Origin: Schizochytrium sp. TIO01
Lineage: Eukaryota > Protista > Bigyra: Labyrinthulomycetes
Assembly: GCA_004764695.1 (NCBI GenBank)
Contig: SMSO01000025.1
Coordinates: 1,860,001 to 1,924,000, forward strand
Length of the DNA: 64,000 bases
Reading direction: 5' to 3'
Positions 37,857 through 49,697 of this stretch are shown here, one piece after another. Within the stretch, counting starts at the first letter, position 1. Each line of letters begins with the position of its first letter. The notes under the pieces are model-generated. The model saw only the letters and a program-made list of their open reading frames with translations, did no database searches and was not told where the DNA came from. Position numbers and translations under genes: made by a program.

Positions 37857-39137
37857 CTATCGACGGCGATCGCGGCTATTACTACGGTTGCGAGTCCGAG
37901 ATAGACGTTGCCGCAAACGTCTTTCAACTTCTTCATCATCACTGTCTAAACTAAAAGCTCGTTGACGTCGTGAGGAAGAACGGCTGTCTCTTCTCTGATC
38001 ATCGTCCATGCGGCGATCGCTTCCTCGACGCGGGCTTCTGCTCCGGCTTCGATCACGGCTCGAATGACGATAGTCCCTACGAGGACTTCGGCTACGCCTC
38101 CTTGGACTTGGTGATCGTCGCCTTCTATATGGACTTGAGTCACGTCTACTCGAAACTCCACCCGCACCACGACCATCGCGAGGCGCCACAGGCCGGCCTG
38201 CAAATGTAGCTGGCGCTCCTGCTGACATTTTTACCGGTGCAGAGTACACAGGATCGTCTAGAAGACGTACCGCACCAAGGGATACAACGCCCTGATCCTC
38301 GTATGCTGTAAAATGTACAATGATATATCCTTCACCTTCGGCAGGTCCCACGACTTCTGCAGCATACCATTTTCCATCTTCAGAATATAGAGCTTCAACT
38401 TTTGTGCCAGCTACGAAGCGGTCCTTACGGGTGAAATTCCTGTCAAACCGCTTTCGCTCTTCGCGAAGCAGGTCTATCCGCGAGCGCAGACTCTGTTCAA
38501 TCTTGAACGGAAACCTTGGCAAAATAACACCTCCAAATTTAGATTCCTCAAGCAAACTCTCAATCCATGCTCCAAGAGTCCATGGTTTAGAAGACTCTTC
38601 AAGAGGCCTGAACTGCTCCATGTCAAAGAAGTAAGGTTCGAACCACTCCAAGAGCTGGTCTGTTGGCGCCGCAAATCTGAGAAAAAGAAACCCCAATGCT
38701 CTCACAAAGGGAGCATCCTTCTGCGAGAGCATGCTCGTAAGCTGCTTTCGTGTCGGACGTAATTCACATAGTCTATAAAGCGCACAAAAGGCAGTGGCGG
38801 CGTCTCCATTTGGAGTTTTCATCCAGGGGTCAAGTGACCGCACATTGTGTTTGATCTCGTCCGCAAGCTGTGGCACCGTGGTCAGTTCTCTGAGCGATTT
38901 GAAGTACTCGCTGGCCTGAATTTTACGCGCTAGCATCGCTGTCATGTTAAAGTTACCATCCACCTTCATGGGCACTAAATTCTTCGCCGCTACCTGCTGA
39001 GAGAGGTGGTCGTCATTCGCATCCTCCCCACCAAGCAGCGCCGACGAAACAGTACCAGATCGCGCTGCGGCCTGACCAAGTTGTTGCGCTTGTCGCACAT
39101 TCTTGCGCATCTTGAAGGCTTCTGCAGCGCGACTCAT
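37857..39137 (-). CDS. PRP38: Pre-mRNA splicing factor 38 family (PRP38B-like) with Tudor domain and RS-rich tail
   Basis: PRP38 domain motifs: IQASEYFK, DEI...V..LDPW, TAFCALYRL, TRKQL..ML...DAPFVRALGFLFLRF. SMN/SPF30-type Tudor: GTKVEALYSEDGKWYAAEV...VHFTAYE. C-terminal RS dipeptides. Intact 426-aa ORF. Confidence 0.92.
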   Translation of the reverse strand: MSRAAEAFKMRKNVRQAQQLGQAAARSGTVSSALLGGEDANDDHLSQQVAAKNLVPMKVDGNFNMTAMLARKIQASEYFKSLRELTTVPQLADEIKHNVRSLDPWMKTPNGDAATAFCALYRLCELRPTRKQLTSMLSQKDAPFVRALGFLFLRFAAPTDQLLEWFEPYFFDMEQFRPLEESSKPWTLGAWIESLLEESKFGGVILPRFPFKIEQSLRSRIDLLREERKRFDRNFTRKDRFVAGTKVEALYSEDGKWYAAEVVGPAEGEGYIIVHFTAYEDQGVVSLGAVRLLDDPVYSAPVKMSAGAPATFAGRPVAPRDGRGAGGVSSRRDSSPYRRRRSPSPRRRSRSPRRDYRHSSRDRSRSRSPRRGSDRRMDDDQRRDSRSSSRRQRAFSLDSDDEEVERRLRQRLSRTRNRSNSRDRRR

Positions 39138-40301
39138 TGTCCTATTCCTGTAAAACTAACACTACAAACCGACTTTTCCACGTCCTACTTGACAGACCCT
39201 CAAAGGCTCCTTGAACGATGAGGTTCTCGTGAAAAGACTCAAAGCGATCGAGGGTTGCTTCTCAGAGAGCTTCAAAACAAACAAGCAAGAGGAGAGAAAA
39301 CTCTCCTAACGATTAACGACAGCACTCGTACGCCCACGCGACACCAAGTAAACCCACCCTTCGGCGCAGCCGCACAAAGCTAGCTAGCTCGATCGCACTA
39401 CCGCCGTTCGACGTGCGGAAAGGCTACGCGACGAGATCGAAATTTGCTATTTTGGTTTTGCTTGCTTTCCACTTTTCTTACTCTCGAGCAGAGTAGTTAT
39501 TAATTTTTTATCATTATCAAACTTGTTCCAATCATTGTCTCGAGTCTTCGTCCATCATATATCATTTTCCACATAAATTTACACATCACATTCCCTGGCG
39601 TTTATTGCCACGTCGTCGATCACCTCAACACGTGAGCTTGCTACCACTCACAGACCTCCTTTCGCGTCTCTTACTGCTTGAACCTTCGACCTCATGCTTT
39701 GCAGCATGCTTTCCTTCAGCCATGATCGCCATTCCGAAGCGAACGAACTCGACCAACACCACTTCCTCCTCATGGTCTCCGTCCAGGGAAAAATAACCCA
39801 CAAAGGTTACACGTTTCATCCAACCGACACGTAACTTATGAAAGGGTGACCAAGGAGTTGCTGGGATGCAAATAAGCACAAAGTCGGAGAACTGGGAATT
39901 GGTAGTGCGGAGAGCGGCATCCAGTCATTGCAAGGAGTGGTTTGATAGTGCCTAGTATGGAGAATGAATGAATGAATGAATGAATGAATGAAGTGACTCT
40001 TCGATTGGGCTCCAAGTGGCTGGCAATACCTCGAGAGGGCAGGCGATCAATTAGTTGGCGGGCCTTTGGGGGCTTGCGTCGCGTCGTGTAGAAGAGTCGT
40101 AAGGACTCGGGAGGCCTTGTCGACACAAGTGCTGCTGTTTGTTTGAGGCGTTATTTGGGTGGACTCATTTCGTCCATCGAGAACGCTTCGTCAAAGACCA
40201 AAGCACTCTCGCAAATACAAAGACCTTGCCGGGCTTAAAGTGGCGAGGAACATACGGACTTTGCAAAGGACTGGCTAAAGCCTAATCACCTTTTGTCTAC
40301 A
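39138..40301. promoter_or_regulatory. Shared divergent promoter region of PRP38-like and ESF1
   Basis: Head-to-head start codons ~1.16 kb apart. Promoter function is inferred from position only. Confidence 0.55.
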
Positions 40302-42545
40302 ATGGCGCGAGAAAAAACGCCGTCGAAAACGCCGTCGCGCCGCAAATCGGGTGCTGACCAGGATGGCAAGGTCTCTTCAAAGAAGAGCGGCGTAAAAAGA
40401 TCTGCTCGCAAGGACTTTGGCGAGGAGAGAGATTACGTCAAGCCTGAAGATATCAAGGATGAGCGTTTCAAAGGCGTGCAGTTTGATGCGAGATTCGCTC
40501 GTGACACCAAAGATGACCACAAAGTTAAGATTGACTCGCGATTTAAGCAGATCTTCGAGGATGAGGACTTCACCACCAGCGGACCCAAGGTCGATAAGTA
40601 CGGCCGCAAGGTCGAGGCCAAGGATCGTGCACGTGGTGCTGATCTGAAGCGCTACTATAAACTTGAAAGCGACGATGAGGATGACGATGACGATGAGGAT
40701 GACGATGAGAGCGAGGTCGACGAGCTCGAGGCTAAGGTCGATAAGAAGAGCAAAAAGAAGGCAGCTACTCCCAGTGGAAAGCCAAATGGGAAGAGCAAAA
40801 AGGATGACAAAAGCTCTGAAGATCGCCTTGATTATTTGACTAAACTTGCTCGTGGTGAAATTTCTGACGTGGAGGAGTCAGAGTCAGAGTCTGACGATGA
40901 CCTCCTCGCTGCTGAGGATGAAGAGTTGCTTGCTCAGGCTGCTGAGGAAGAGGAGGTGGAGGAAATCCCTCTCGGAGATGCGACAAGCCGCATTGCTGTG
41001 CAAAACGTTGACTGGTCCCGCATGCGTGCTCAGGATATCCTTGTTGCATTGCAATCTTTTCTTCCCGTGGGAGGTGTCATCAAGTCTGTGACGGTGTACA
41101 TGAGTGAGTTTGGCGAGAAGCGCATGGCCGAGGAGGAGACACATGGACCCTGTGTTGGTAGCATTGAGAGACAAGAGGTTTCTTTGAGTGACCCTACCGA
41201 CTTCGAGATCCTCCGCCGTGGCGAAGCAAATGAGGGAGACAACTTTGACATGCAAAAACTCCGTAAGTACGAACTGGATAAGCTCAAGTACTATTTCGCC
41301 ATTGTAGACTTCAATAGTGCTGAGGTGGCAGACCACGTTTACAAGGAGTGTGACGGAGTTGAGTTTGAGCGCTCGTCGAGCGTCTTTGATCTCCGCTTCG
41401 TGCCTGAAGACCTTGAGATCGAGCGCCCTGTCCGTGACGCCGCCACTGAGATCACGGAAGACTACCAAGCTCCTGAGTTTGTCACTAAGGCATTGCAGAG
41501 CACCAAGGTTACTTTGACCTGGGATGAGGAAGATCAAGACCGTATGAAGCTCAAAAAGTGGCGCGCGAAGCCTCAAAAGGGCAAGGAGCAGCACGTCATT
41601 GGCGAGAAAGAACTTGAGGCTTTTATCGCCTCTGAGTCGGAAGAGGAGTCAGAGGGCGAAGGCGAAGGAGATGAGCTTGATGAGCGTGGTAATGCCAAGG
41701 CCTACCGTGCCAGTCTCCGTGCTGCACTTCTTGCAGATGACGACGATGACGAAGAAAACGATGATGACGACAATGGCGACGACGAAGGGGAAGGCCAAGA
41801 AATGACCTTCATCCCGAAGGATGACAGCAAGGAAAGCAAAAACAAGAAAAACAGCAAGAAGAGTATCAACAAACAACAAGACGTACCTGAGGACAAGGAA
41901 GCCAACCCAGAGGCACCTACACTCCACGATACTTTTTTTGCAAGCAAAAGCAGCAAGCGAAACAAAAACAAGAACCGCCACCAAGAAAATGACGATAAAC
42001 GCTGGCGCAGGCGTAACGATGATGATGATGACGATGATGAAGGAAGTGATATCGATGAGGATACTCGCCGCAAGCGTGAGCAGGCCGAACTTGAGCTGCT
42101 GCTCCTGAACGAGCAGGATCGTAAAAAGGGTCGGGGTCTCGAAGGCTTTGACTTCAAGACAATTGTTGAGGGAGAGCGCCTTCTCCAGAAGAACTCCAAG
42201 TTGCGTGGTAAGAAGCGTGACCGTAAGGAGGAGGCTGTCAGAGCCGCTAAGGCAGACACCTTTGAGGTAGACACAAAGGACTCCCGTTTTGCGAACCTTT
42301 ACAATGATCCCGATTTCACAATTGACCGTACCAACTCTCACTACAAGGAGACTCGTGGTATGCGCGCTTTTGAGCAAGAGCAATTGCGCAAGCGTGGTGC
42401 CAGGAAGGCTGAAGGCCGCCGTAGCAATGCGCCTAACAGCAGTAACGCTGGTGCCAACCAGTCACAGAACCTCCAGAGCACTGTTGAATCCATCAAGCGT
42501 CGCGCTGCTCAAATGCAAAACAAGAACAAACGCCAGAAGAAATAA
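40302..42545 (+). CDS. ESF1: Pre-rRNA processing protein ESF1 (NUC153 domain)
   Basis: Hallmark motifs: DERF...DARF, KVKIDSRF...DEDF...VDKYGR, TSRIAVQNVDW...VYMSEFG..RM.EEE..GP, KLRKYE...YYFAIV...YKECDGVEFE.SS..DLRFVP, and NUC153 DSRFANLY.DPDFTID.T...YK.T. Acidic tracts present. The first ATG is 40302; the track start at 40293 is TTG. Confidence 0.96.
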   Translation: MAREKTPSKTPSRRKSGADQDGKVSSKKSGVKRSARKDFGEERDYVKPEDIKDERFKGVQFDARFARDTKDDHKVKIDSRFKQIFEDEDFTTSGPKVDKYGRKVEAKDRARGADLKRYYKLESDDEDDDDDEDDDESEVDELEAKVDKKSKKKAATPSGKPNGKSKKDDKSSEDRLDYLTKLARGEISDVEESESESDDDLLAAEDEELLAQAAEEEEVEEIPLGDATSRIAVQNVDWSRMRAQDILVALQSFLPVGGVIKSVTVYMSEFGEKRMAEEETHGPCVGSIERQEVSLSDPTDFEILRRGEANEGDNFDMQKLRKYELDKLKYYFAIVDFNSAEVADHVYKECDGVEFERSSSVFDLRFVPEDLEIERPVRDAATEITEDYQAPEFVTKALQSTKVTLTWDEEDQDRMKLKKWRAKPQKGKEQHVIGEKELEAFIASESEEESEGEGEGDELDERGNAKAYRASLRAALLADDDDDEENDDDDNGDDEGEGQEMTFIPKDDSKESKNKKNSKKSINKQQDVPEDKEANPEAPTLHDTFFASKSSKRNKNKNRHQENDDKRWRRRNDDDDDDDEGSDIDEDTRRKREQAELELLLLNEQDRKKGRGLEGFDFKTIVEGERLLQKNSKLRGKKRDRKEEAVRAAKADTFEVDTKDSRFANLYNDPDFTIDRTNSHYKETRGMRAFEQEQLRKRGARKAEGRRSNAPNSSNAGANQSQNLQSTVESIKRRAAQMQNKNKRQKK

Positions 42546-44207
42546 GCTCTAGACAAGAGCCTCTTTCCCTCCTGCCTCTATTACCATTTTGATTGTCATG
42601 ACATACATGAATGTTTAACGAAAGATGTTTTTCTTACATTATTTCCCTCTGAATCTGATATAGTTCTGTTAGCCGCTCATTCGTTTATTGTTGTTTTTGT
42701 CAATATGATTGTTGCTTGAAATTCGTTCGTCTCAAAAACAGTAGGGCTTCACCTTTGCACTAAGAGGGACTTTCTCAACCACTTGTTGTTGTATTATCTT
42801 TGCGATGTATCGACAAGCGATTCACTACACCAAAAAGATAATAATTATGTTATCTCAGAAGAAATTGTCTTAACGGGGAGAGAAATCATGAACCATTTTT
42901 ATGAACCATTGAATGACCACAGCAACTTCAACAGCAAGAGAAAAAAATAAAACTCGTTCTATAAATGGAAAAACACTGCTCCGCGCAGTGTAAATTAACA
43001 CAGCCACTCCATGGTAATATCAGTTCTTACCGCGTCCATTTGCATTCCTGCTGTTGTTTATAATGAAATAACTTGTTGAGGATTGTATTCCTTCAAATTT
43101 TCCCTAATGGGAAATACTTGCATGATTTTTATGCATATTAGAAGAAAGTGAATAGTTAAATCAAAACTCATGGAGTATCGAAAATTGCTAGGATAGATAG
43201 ATGTCTCGCGAATTGCGAAGTGGTCTACATAGATATCAGCTCAGTGCAATCTTTAAATTTGGCATGGTGAACGCAATATGGCCTAGCAACTATGTAATTA
43301 CTATGCGAGTTGCGCAACCAAGCGCTTTAGCTTAATTCATGTCTTTGTGTTTGAGTATCATGTTCCTTTCCATTGAATAGTCTGCGATTCGCCATTCAGA
43401 TATCATTGAAATAAAGGGGCAAGCTCAGCGAAGCTTTGTCCTTTCATGTAAGTTTCTTTCACTTTTTAAAACAGCTTCTGTTTATTGCTCGGATGATTGT
43501 ACCTAGTTAGTGCTGCCATATGATTCGTGTTAGACTGCACGAAGATGGATTTGTCCATAGTAGCCCCACTATGACTAGTTCCAGGGACAGGAGCAGGATT
43601 ATAATCGATACCAACCAGCAGTGAAGGCACAGTACATGTTAGAATATGGCACGCGACATGCCAAATGTCCCGATCGGCTGTCTAAACAGCACGTGTGAAT
43701 GATATGGTCCCAGATTCTAAGTCTGGTCATATCTGACTCCGCTTTAGGTCTCGCTTTAGGTCTTTTTACACGGGGAATATACTGCAAGGAAAGATTTACA
43801 AGATTTTCGAAAACACGGAAACAAAAAACGAAATAAAAAGAAAATACATATAATTTTCTACTGGAATGCAGGGCAATATTACATAGACGGTGCTATTAAA
43901 AAAAAAACAAAAAGAAAAAAGCAGCGCACCTCCGAGGTTCTAAAAGTTGCTGTGGAGCGCTCAGATTAACTATTTGCTCTCTTGTCATGTTATTCCTGAT
44001 GTGGTGATGAAGGAATACATAATCTTGAGCGATGGAGGTAATTTACACTCAACATTTGTCACTAGCAAAATTGACAAATGCCAGAAGAAAATAAACACGT
44101 GAAGGGAGCGAGAAACAGATAGGCGACAAAAGATATATATCTTGAAATGTAGAAGTAGAAGGGGTTATGATCAAGAGAGGAAAATAAAACATGATTGTTA
44201 GAACACA

Positions 44208-46820
44208 TCAGGCCTTTTTCTCGACCAAAGCGTCGGGAGCATATGCAAAACCGGCCCAAATGCCTTCATCCTGAGCGGATTCAATGATGGCTTCATCCTT
44301 AGCACGGTTCTTTGAGGTGGCATGTGATGGGACGCGGGCAGGGAGAGAGGTAAAGTTGTAGTCGAAGCAAGAGGTGTCGAGCTTGGACTTCACTTGGGGC
44401 ACAAAGGGCGGCTTGATGCGCTTAGCAGCAAGCTTAGTAAAGTCGAGGGGGGCAAAATAGGGGTGCTCACTGATCTCCTTAATACCGTGCGTCGATCCAA
44501 GGCGCTTTCGCGGGTCCTTGGTGAGCAGCTGGCGGATGAGATAGCGTGCGTTACGGCTGACCTCGTTGGGCGGGAACTCCACCTGAGACTCACAGATACA
44601 CTTGGTAACCTTTTTCTTATCGTCTGAGTACCAAGGCGGCAGACCCGTGAGCATTTCATAGAGAACCATGCCGAGTGCCCAGTAATCGACGGCATAGCCG
44701 TGGCCCACCTTGTTGAGCATCTCGGGGGAGAGGTACTCGGTGGTTCCTACAAAAGACTTAGCGCCGGTGTAAGATTCAGTGACGCCAGTGCGAGCAAGTC
44801 CAAAGTCGACAAGCTTGACGTGGCCGTCAGCATCGATCATAATGTTTTCCGGTTTGAGATCACGATAGACGATTCCACGTTCGTGAAGGTGGGAAAGAGC
44901 GAGTGCGCACTCACCGGCAATGAAACGAGCGAGGCGACTTGTGAATTTTCCATGGACATCCAGGTGGAAGTACAACTCACCACCGGGACAGTATTCCTGG
45001 ACAAAGAACAGGTGGGACTCTGTCATGATAGCAACCTCGAGACCAACAATAAAGGGGCAGCCGCGGCCTTCGATCATGCAGCGACGTTCAATCTCGATAC
45101 GGCGAGTTTGCTTACGACGCACAGTTTCTGCCTTCCCAAGTGCCTTGATAGCAAAGGCCTTACCGGACGGGTCATTGCGTGTCGCAAGAAAGACTTCACC
45201 AAAGGATCCCTTGCCGATGACCTTGCGAAGCACGAACTGTCCGACAGCCGGGTCAGGGGTAGCCACAGTACGGGGCGGGAGCTCGGGCTCTTGTTGTGCC
45301 GGGCAGGTGCTGGTGCCATTTGTGGGCTTACAGGGTGTTTGCGGGCGACTGTCTGGGTTACTGTTGTTGTCACATTGAGAGGGGGTACCAGCAGTGCTGG
45401 AAAGATTGCTGGGCGAAGCGAGTTCGAGGGATGGGTTTCGTTGTTGGGCAGCACCAGTAGTGAGTGTGTTCACGAGGTGGTGCGCGTTTTCAGAGTCCGA
45501 GTGGTGCTTGTTTTCACCATCTTCCTCGTCCGAGGTAAGATCGGCATCCGTGCCAATGGTGTTAGCGCTGGGTCCACGGCGTGATGCCTCAAGCGCGACC
45601 ATTTCGTCGCCGGGCAGGAGCGGGCTTTGCTCTGCCTTTTCGGTAAAGAAGCCAACGAGAGTATTAGTGAGGAATTCATTGGCCTGTGCTCCGGCGCTCT
45701 CCTTGCCAGGGTATCCACGTACCCAAAGGCTCATGAGCGATCTGACCCAAAAGTCAATTCCAGCGGCACGCTCCTGCAACAACTGGTCATTAAGTTCAAA
45801 TGTAAACCTTGGTGGCATGGCAGGCAGAGCGGACGAAAGTTCCTTTTGAAGGTGTTCCAGAGTATACTCCAGAGTGAGGAAGGCGCTGAAGCGTCTATAG
45901 ACCTGCCATGAGCACCCTTGGCCAGCATCCACTTTAACTCGATACACGACATACTTTTTGGAGGAAGATACTGTGGCGAAACCTGTAATTTTCACACGGA
46001 CATCCTTTGTACGTTGTCTCAACAGCGCTGCTCTTTCAGCATACGTTGCCGGTTGGTTGCTAGAATCCATCTGGCTTGCTGAGGTCTTCTCCTCGTTACC
46101 AGCACGAGTGTCCTGAGCCTTTTCGCCACGAGGCTCCATAGTTCCAGCCGCGGTTGTCTCCTTCTCTGCAGCTTTTCCTGCACCGCCGGAGGCCTCCACC
46201 GAGGCGATCTCTCGGAGCTGCTTTCCCTGACGCAGCTCGAGCTCGTGGTGGTGGTTATGCACTTCGAGTCCCTCTACGGTTGCGCTTGGGGCGCTACTCG
46301 TAGAGTTCAGGCTAGCTGGCGCGGTATTGCAGTTGTGGATGTTCTTATTCTGGTTTTCCTCGCCGTTCTCAACGACCGCCGCCACGTTCTTTTCCCCGTT
46401 CTGTTCCTTGCCGGTGTTCCTGGGCTGAGAAGAACTGGGCGAGGCGGAGGAAGACGACACCTGGCACGGGAGCTCCGAGGGCGCTGGTGCCGAGGAGGCC
46501 TTGGCGGAGGAGCTCTCCTTGTGGCCCCCAAAGAAGAAATGCTTGCCCGGGAGCACACGCTTCGTGCCGAGGCCCGTGCGCAGGACGCCTCCACGCTTCA
46601 TCTTGCTCGCGTTGCTCGCGGTAGCGGCGGGAATGGAACACTCGGAAAGAGAACGCTCCAGAATGGAACAGCCAACGGAGGAGGACGGGCTCAAGCAGGG
46701 ACTACGGTCCGGCCTAGCGGGAACGGTAGGAGTGTCCAAGGACAGGGAGTCGAGGGTTGAAGAGGCAGCGGCCTCTGTTTGAAATTCGGGGGCGAGAGCG
46801 AGGCCGTGCGCAGGGTCCAT
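44208..46820 (-). CDS. PX-domain-containing AGC family Ser/Thr protein kinase (SGK3-like architecture)
   Basis: PX domain (YVVYRVKV...WQVYRRFSAF..L...LPAMPPR...LQER). Complete kinase motifs GKGSFG, AIK, YRDLKPEN, DFG, GTTEYLSPE, DYWALG. AGC C-tail PPFVP...DTSCFDYNFT. Intact 870-aa ORF with a low-complexity N-terminus. Confidence 0.95.
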   Translation of the reverse strand: MDPAHGLALAPEFQTEAAASSTLDSLSLDTPTVPARPDRSPCLSPSSSVGCSILERSLSECSIPAATASNASKMKRGGVLRTGLGTKRVLPGKHFFFGGHKESSSAKASSAPAPSELPCQVSSSSASPSSSQPRNTGKEQNGEKNVAAVVENGEENQNKNIHNCNTAPASLNSTSSAPSATVEGLEVHNHHHELELRQGKQLREIASVEASGGAGKAAEKETTAAGTMEPRGEKAQDTRAGNEEKTSASQMDSSNQPATYAERAALLRQRTKDVRVKITGFATVSSSKKYVVYRVKVDAGQGCSWQVYRRFSAFLTLEYTLEHLQKELSSALPAMPPRFTFELNDQLLQERAAGIDFWVRSLMSLWVRGYPGKESAGAQANEFLTNTLVGFFTEKAEQSPLLPGDEMVALEASRRGPSANTIGTDADLTSDEEDGENKHHSDSENAHHLVNTLTTGAAQQRNPSLELASPSNLSSTAGTPSQCDNNSNPDSRPQTPCKPTNGTSTCPAQQEPELPPRTVATPDPAVGQFVLRKVIGKGSFGEVFLATRNDPSGKAFAIKALGKAETVRRKQTRRIEIERRCMIEGRGCPFIVGLEVAIMTESHLFFVQEYCPGGELYFHLDVHGKFTSRLARFIAGECALALSHLHERGIVYRDLKPENIMIDADGHVKLVDFGLARTGVTESYTGAKSFVGTTEYLSPEMLNKVGHGYAVDYWALGMVLYEMLTGLPPWYSDDKKKVTKCICESQVEFPPNEVSRNARYLIRQLLTKDPRKRLGSTHGIKEISEHPYFAPLDFTKLAAKRIKPPFVPQVKSKLDTSCFDYNFTSLPARVPSHATSKNRAKDEAIIESAQDEGIWAGFAYAPDALVEKKA

Positions 46821-47864
46821 TCGATGCGCAGCTGGCTCCGCCTTGCGCTCGCTCGCTCAGAGCAGGCTCCGCTTGCTCATGCAGCGACTTCCTTCGCCGT
46901 GGCCACACGGAGACAGAGCCGAGGGGCGGATGCGCTTGTGGCCGGATCGACGATGAGTGTTTGAATGTGCGAAGCGACGACGACTCAGAGAAAGAACAAA
47001 ACAAAAGGAGAGATAAAGGCAGATAAAGAGGGAGACTGAGAAGCAACAGAAGTGAAGCAGCGAGCAAACACAGCAGATGCAAGCAAATACACAGACGCAG
47101 CAGAGCACGAGCCAAGGCAGAGGAGCGCAGCAGCCGCCTCAAGCAGGCCCCAGACCAGCCAAAGGCAACACGTCACGCGATGGCAGCAGCCAAGAGAAGA
47201 AGAAGAATTCGAGGCCGACGATGTTGTTCTGCTCCAAGTTTTTTCCTTTTCAAACCATCGATCAAACAATGAATCAATGAATGAATGAATAGTTGAAAAT
47301 ATATTTACTCTTTTCTTCTCATTCTGCTTAAACCTTTTTAGTTAGTTAACAGTTATTGTTGTATAAAGTAAAACTTTCTTTCTTTTGTTTTCTATTTTTT
47401 AGTTCTCGTTTCCACCATTTTCAAATCACACTAACACTGTAGCTAGGACATACTCTAGTTTATTTGAATTTGTCGATGACTACTTCGACCTGTATGCTGT
47501 TGGCTACCCTAAACCCTACAAGCTGACTGGCACGAGGCCACTCTTTGTTTCCCTCTTCCTGCTCGCCTTCTCTTGACTCAAATTCTTTTCTCTTTTCTTT
47601 TTCTTTTTCTTTTTACTTTTTCTTTTGCGCCATTTCGTGATTGATCGATGCTTTTCGTTCAAAACATGCATCATGCATGCATTTAATCAATTCATTTGGT
47701 TCGCGAGTGGCGCTGCTTTCTCTCTCTCCGCCTCCTTGCTGCTTTTGCTTGTTTCCCTCCAGAAGAAGGCCACGAGCTGACAGCTCCCAAGCGAAAGCTC
47801 TCCAAGCCGAGCGCCCTCAGCCACCGAAGCCCTTTCTCCTCATCTCTCTCTCTCTCTCTGCCTA

Positions 47865-47895
<31 letters not shown>

Positions 47896-47957
47896 GCCCT
47901 CGAAGAAGCGAAGAACCTCTTGTTTTGATTGCATTCCGTCATAATATTCTTTCATCC

Positions 47958-48029
<72 letters not shown>

Positions 48030-48031
48030 TC
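47958..48031. repeat. (TTTC)n microsatellite
   Basis: Read directly from the sequence. Confidence 0.95.
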
Positions 48032-49264
48032 ATTCTTTCTCTCTTTCAATCGTTCATTCAGCGAGTCAGTCAGTCTGACTGCCTAAAGAAATATAGAAAG
48101 AAAGTAAGCAAGTAAGAAGGTAAGTAAGAAAGTAAGTAAGTAAGTAAGTAAGAAAGTAAGAAAGTAAGAAAGTAAGGGCTGAGGAAACACACTTCCTCCT
48201 CCGCCTCTTCCTCCTTCTCTCTTTGGAAGAGAGAAAGAAAGAAAGAAAGAAAGAAAGAAAGCCCTTTCAGCGACGAACGAAGCAGAGCAGAGCAAAGCAG
48301 AGCAAAGCCAAGAACAAGCAGAAGAGGCGACTCAGAGCCGCCTTCCCCTCTGCGCCCCTCTGCGCCCCTCTGCGCCTCTCTGCTTCTCGCTGTCTCTGAG
48401 GACCCATTCAACTCGGGCCCAGAGCAGGAGAGGCTGAGGAGACTGCTGAGGTGATTGATTGATTGATTGAGTGATAGAGAAAGCAAGCCTTCCGAGCCCT
48501 CTCAGGTCTCCTGGGGACAGCCCATCATGGTCTCGACCAAGCCGCCACTGTGGGGATAGAGTCTATCTCAGGAGGTCGGAGGGCCTCGCGGTCCGGTATG
48601 AGAAGCGCGATACTTATTCCTCGTGCCCAGTTATTCTACTTCCTAGTACTAGCATCGTTATTATTGCACTACTACTTAAGTTGAGGTGTTCTTTTTTTCT
48701 TTTTGTTTAAAAGGCTAATGTTTTTACTTTATTATTAAAATAAAATAATATATATATATCTATCTATCGCGTGCTTTATTCCGAGACCACACTGCTGCTA
48801 GCTAGGGGCGCCTCTACGGAAATCGTGTAGAAGTAGGGCCGCTGCCGTTGTGTCCCCTCTCCCCTCTTTGCAAGCAATAAAGCAAAAAGAAAAGAAGGAA
48901 TGGTACAGTATGTATGTATTTCTAAACCGCTCCTCTCTTTAGATACATAGTAAGTAATCTGATCAGTCGATCCTCTGCGTCGCCTCGTTCTTAGTCCTCG
49001 CCTCTCGAACCGGCGAGCGAGCGAGACCTCCCTGCCGCTCCTTGGAGAGGAAAGCCGCCTCGGTAAGCGCAGAGCCTGACTGGCACCTGTGCCGGCCATG
49101 CCTCCTCTGCCAGAGCTGGGCCCCTCGTCAAGCACCGGCCGCAGCCTGCCTGCTTCAAGCAGGAAAGAGTTCTTTCTTCTTCGCTTCTTGGTCTCCAAAA
49201 CTATCTTACGACGAAGCTACGATTAAAACTTTTTTGTTTACTATGCACGTGTGTATATATATAA

Positions 49265-49295
<31 letters not shown>

Positions 49296-49591
49296 TGCCT
49301 TGCAGGCCTCTTTGGGCCTACGTACTGACGATGTGATGAAAGAGATGAAACAAACAAACAAACAAACAAACAAAGAAACAAAAGAGAGAGGAAGTTCTTT
49401 GTGACTGGTTTCCACCTTTGGAGAGGTTCAAGTATCGCCGTGCAGAGAGAAGTCTACGCACTCAGGGACCTCGAAGAAGCCTCGCTCGAAGCAGCAGCAG
49501 CACTGGCACCGTCATGCTGTCACGAGCATTCATACTCACAGCCACATGATACCTGGATATTTTAGTATCAGCTCTGCTCTGTCATACATAG

Positions 49592-49697
49592 CAAACAAAC
49601 AAACAAACAAAGAAACAAACAAACAAACAAACAAACAAACAAACAAACAAAAACAAACAAACAAACAAACAAACAAAGACAAATATACAAACAAACA
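49592..49697. repeat. Imperfect (AAAC)n microsatellite
   Basis: Read directly from the sequence. Confidence 0.92.

Noticed and set aside
40884-42383. Long antisense ORFs (236, 244 and 190 aa) over ESF1
   Set aside because: Shadow ORFs caused by the biased codon usage of the real gene.
44700-45584. 294-aa plus-strand ORF and other ORFs overlapping the kinase
   Set aside because: Antisense shadows of the AGC kinase CDS.
47506-47519. CCCTAAACCCTA telomere-like motif
   Set aside because: Fewer than two full units; expected by chance.
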